Assembly: GCA_046045965.1 (NCBI GenBank)
Contig: JBJOKS010000002.1
Coordinates: 167,138-231,137, forward strand
Direction of reading: 5' to 3'
From: Cyanobacteriota bacterium
GTDB taxonomy: Bacteria; Cyanobacteriota; Cyanobacteriia; Cyanobacteriales; Nostocaceae
DNA: 64,000 nt
Shown here: piece after piece, positions 62,193 to 64,000 of the stretch
How the letters are laid out: the number at the start of each line of letters is the position of its first letter
Position numbering within the stretch: the first letter of the stretch is position 1
Translations under genes and position numbers: made by a program
The notes under the pieces: generated by a model
The model's input: only the letters and a program-made list of their open reading frames with translations
The model's database searches: none
What the model was told of the DNA's origin: nothing

Positions 62193-62516
62193 CTATAACG
62201 GGTCATCTAAACCTAAACTTATTTCAGATTGAATAAACTCCCTTAATTTTTTAGGGTCAAAAAAATTAACAGAATTGGCATCAGAATTTAAAAACGATAC
62301 CCCTTCAGATAAACCTATATCTTGAATAAGATCCCTGATTTCAATGTTTATATTTGAAATAGTCGCTTTAAGTTTTCCATTATCTTTAGATAATTGAATG
62401 TTGTCAGATAACAGAATAACTTTAGTTAAAAGTACAGAAGAGTAAAATAAATTATTAATTGCTTCCTTCTTTTTGTCTTGCATAATCCACACCTGATCAA
62501 TTAATACCCCAAACAA
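62193..62516 (-). CDS. Hypothetical protein (start may be ATG 62483)
   Basis: ORF only; no motif recognised. Confidence 0.4.
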   Translation of the reverse strand: MFGVLIDQVWIMQDKKKEAINNLFYSSVLLTKVILLSDNIQLSKDNGKLKATISNINIEIRDLIQDIGLSEGVSFLNSDANSVNFFDPKKLREFIQSEISLGLDDPL

Positions 62517-62815
62517 TAAAACATTATAAAAAAGCCAAGTGTGATAGTAGTCACTGATTTTATGTGATGATTTATGGTAGCTACTTGGCTGAACTACCCC
62601 CCTAAAACATTCTTGCAGTATAAAGGTAAGAAGATTTACCCTAAACTTAAATTACCTATAACTTGAGATTAGCTAAACTTGGTTTACTGTTACCATTAGT
62701 AATTAATTAACTAAATATTAACTAATGCTGCACAACCCTTTCTCTTTATATAAATAAATAATTTAGGTTGTGCAGTCTGCTAGAAAGGGGGTTGGGTTAG
62801 CTGCCCTTACCCCAA

Positions 62816-63910
62816 CTAAAATGGTAACTCTACTAACTCCTCTTGTTTACTGTATCTAGCTTCTCTAGCAGCCAAAATAGAGTTCATTATATCAACTGAA
62901 GAAGAGTCAATATAATACTTTCTGACTCTGATTTTCTCATCTGTATCTTTAGTTGGATAAACCCCTAGAGAACCCATAGCAACCATCACATCCCCTCTAC
63001 GCACAGTCACCTGCTTATCTTTAGTAGAAAGTCCTAGTACACTTAATACTGATTGAATAAACTGAAATGGTTTATCTTCTACATTCTTAGGTACAGATAA
63101 GTTTAAAAGCTCTTTAAACTCAATAGCATGACTGGTAAACCAACTATGGTTAGCATGAGGAGCATTAATCTCAGACTCAGAATAGAAAGCTGATAACTCT
63201 TCACCTTTTAGTAATGAACCCTCATAGTTAACTCTCTTTAAAAACTCTCTAATCAAGTTTACTGTCTTAACTCTGTACTTGCGGTCACTAGGAGCTTTAG
63301 TTCTAACATCTAGTTCATCTTGTTGAGCCAAATCTTCTAAGTCTCTATTCAGTAACCCTTGTAAGTAAACTGCTTTAAACCACTTAGATTCATTCTTCAC
63401 TACTTCAGGTAAATACTCAGTTAAGCCTCCAATTAACTCCAGCAACTTATGTTTCTTAAGAGAGTTAGCTTCTTGTACAGACAGTACATCAGGGTCAGTA
63501 TCTAATAAAAACCAATTTTCTGGAGTAAGGTCAGGAGCATTTATGATTGCTTGATGTTTAGCTTGCTTATTTTTTCTTCTAACAATCTTTGTAGCTTCTT
63601 TAACTATCTCTAATTGCTTAATCTCTGATTCAGTAGGTTTATGTGTTACAACTTTACCTTCTCTAGCAGCAGCCTCAAGAAAGGAACTATGTAAATCATT
63701 AAGAGATTTATTCTGTAGAGCTTGTAGCTGGCAGAACATAGTTATATACACACTGTCTCTAACTTTTGAAGTTCCAGTAGCTATATCAAAGTCCCAAGCC
63801 CAAACATCTCCTCCTCTTGCTGCTCTTAACTCAGAGTCAACACTATTCATCCAACCTGTACCAAAGGCTATTCTCAGTAAACCAAAAAGTTTTTCTCCGA
63901 AGAGCGATCG
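62816..63910 (-). pseudogene. C-terminal part of a probable cyanobacterial plasmid-type replication protein (CyRepA1-like)
   Basis: AIINAPDLT..LKKHKL and VLSVLGL...RVRKYYID resemble Rep C-termini as I recall them; the frame is open up to a TAG at 63911-63913; no primase or helicase motifs. Confidence 0.5.
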
Positions 63911-64000
63911 CTAAGGATAACAAAGCACCATTTACGTAAGGATTGGTCAAATAAAAGACAGTAAACATAATTAATGCTTATAGTGATATCAGAGTTTGAC

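Larger units (their letters stand above)
60414..63911. mobile_element. Integrative element (or remnant) inserted at tRNA-Met
   Basis: Tyrosine integrase 133 bp after the tRNA, tandem arm-like repeats, a rep-like gene and CG-poor composition; no attR seen in the window. Confidence 0.75.

Overview
AT-rich chromosomal segment of a heterocyst-forming (Nostocales-type) cyanobacterium. This assignment rests on frequent HIP1 octamers (GCGATCGC), heptameric STRR tandem repeats, and petH with a CpcD domain next to prk. The housekeeping backbone is groEL (3' end), pcrA, hom, petH, prk, metK, uvrA, gshA, trmL, a LysM/M23 peptidase and tRNA-Met(CAT). Accessory loci: (1) a five-gene operon FAAL - acyl-CoA dehydrogenase - ACP - MBOAT - SGNH/DltD-like protein (13276->6668) that looks like a Dlt-type trans-membrane acylation pathway loaded with a (probably unsaturated) fatty acid, with a second MBOAT/SGNH pair and a DedA+GT2 pair nearby; (2) a DUF4178 - atypical spermidine synthase - FemAB - DUF350 operon converging on an SLH protein + SpeD; (3) a repeat-punctuated array of small TA-like genes behind uvrA; (4) two candidate defence helicase loci (NERD-UvrD with a degenerate nuclease motif; Upf1-like helicase + partner); (5) a CG-poor tyrosine-integrase element at tRNA-Met whose putative rep gene is cut at a HIP1 site. 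Several MITEs and small dispersed repeats are present, one of them in frame inside uvrA. No CRISPR array or rRNA was seen. All family assignments are from motif recognition by eye, not database searches.
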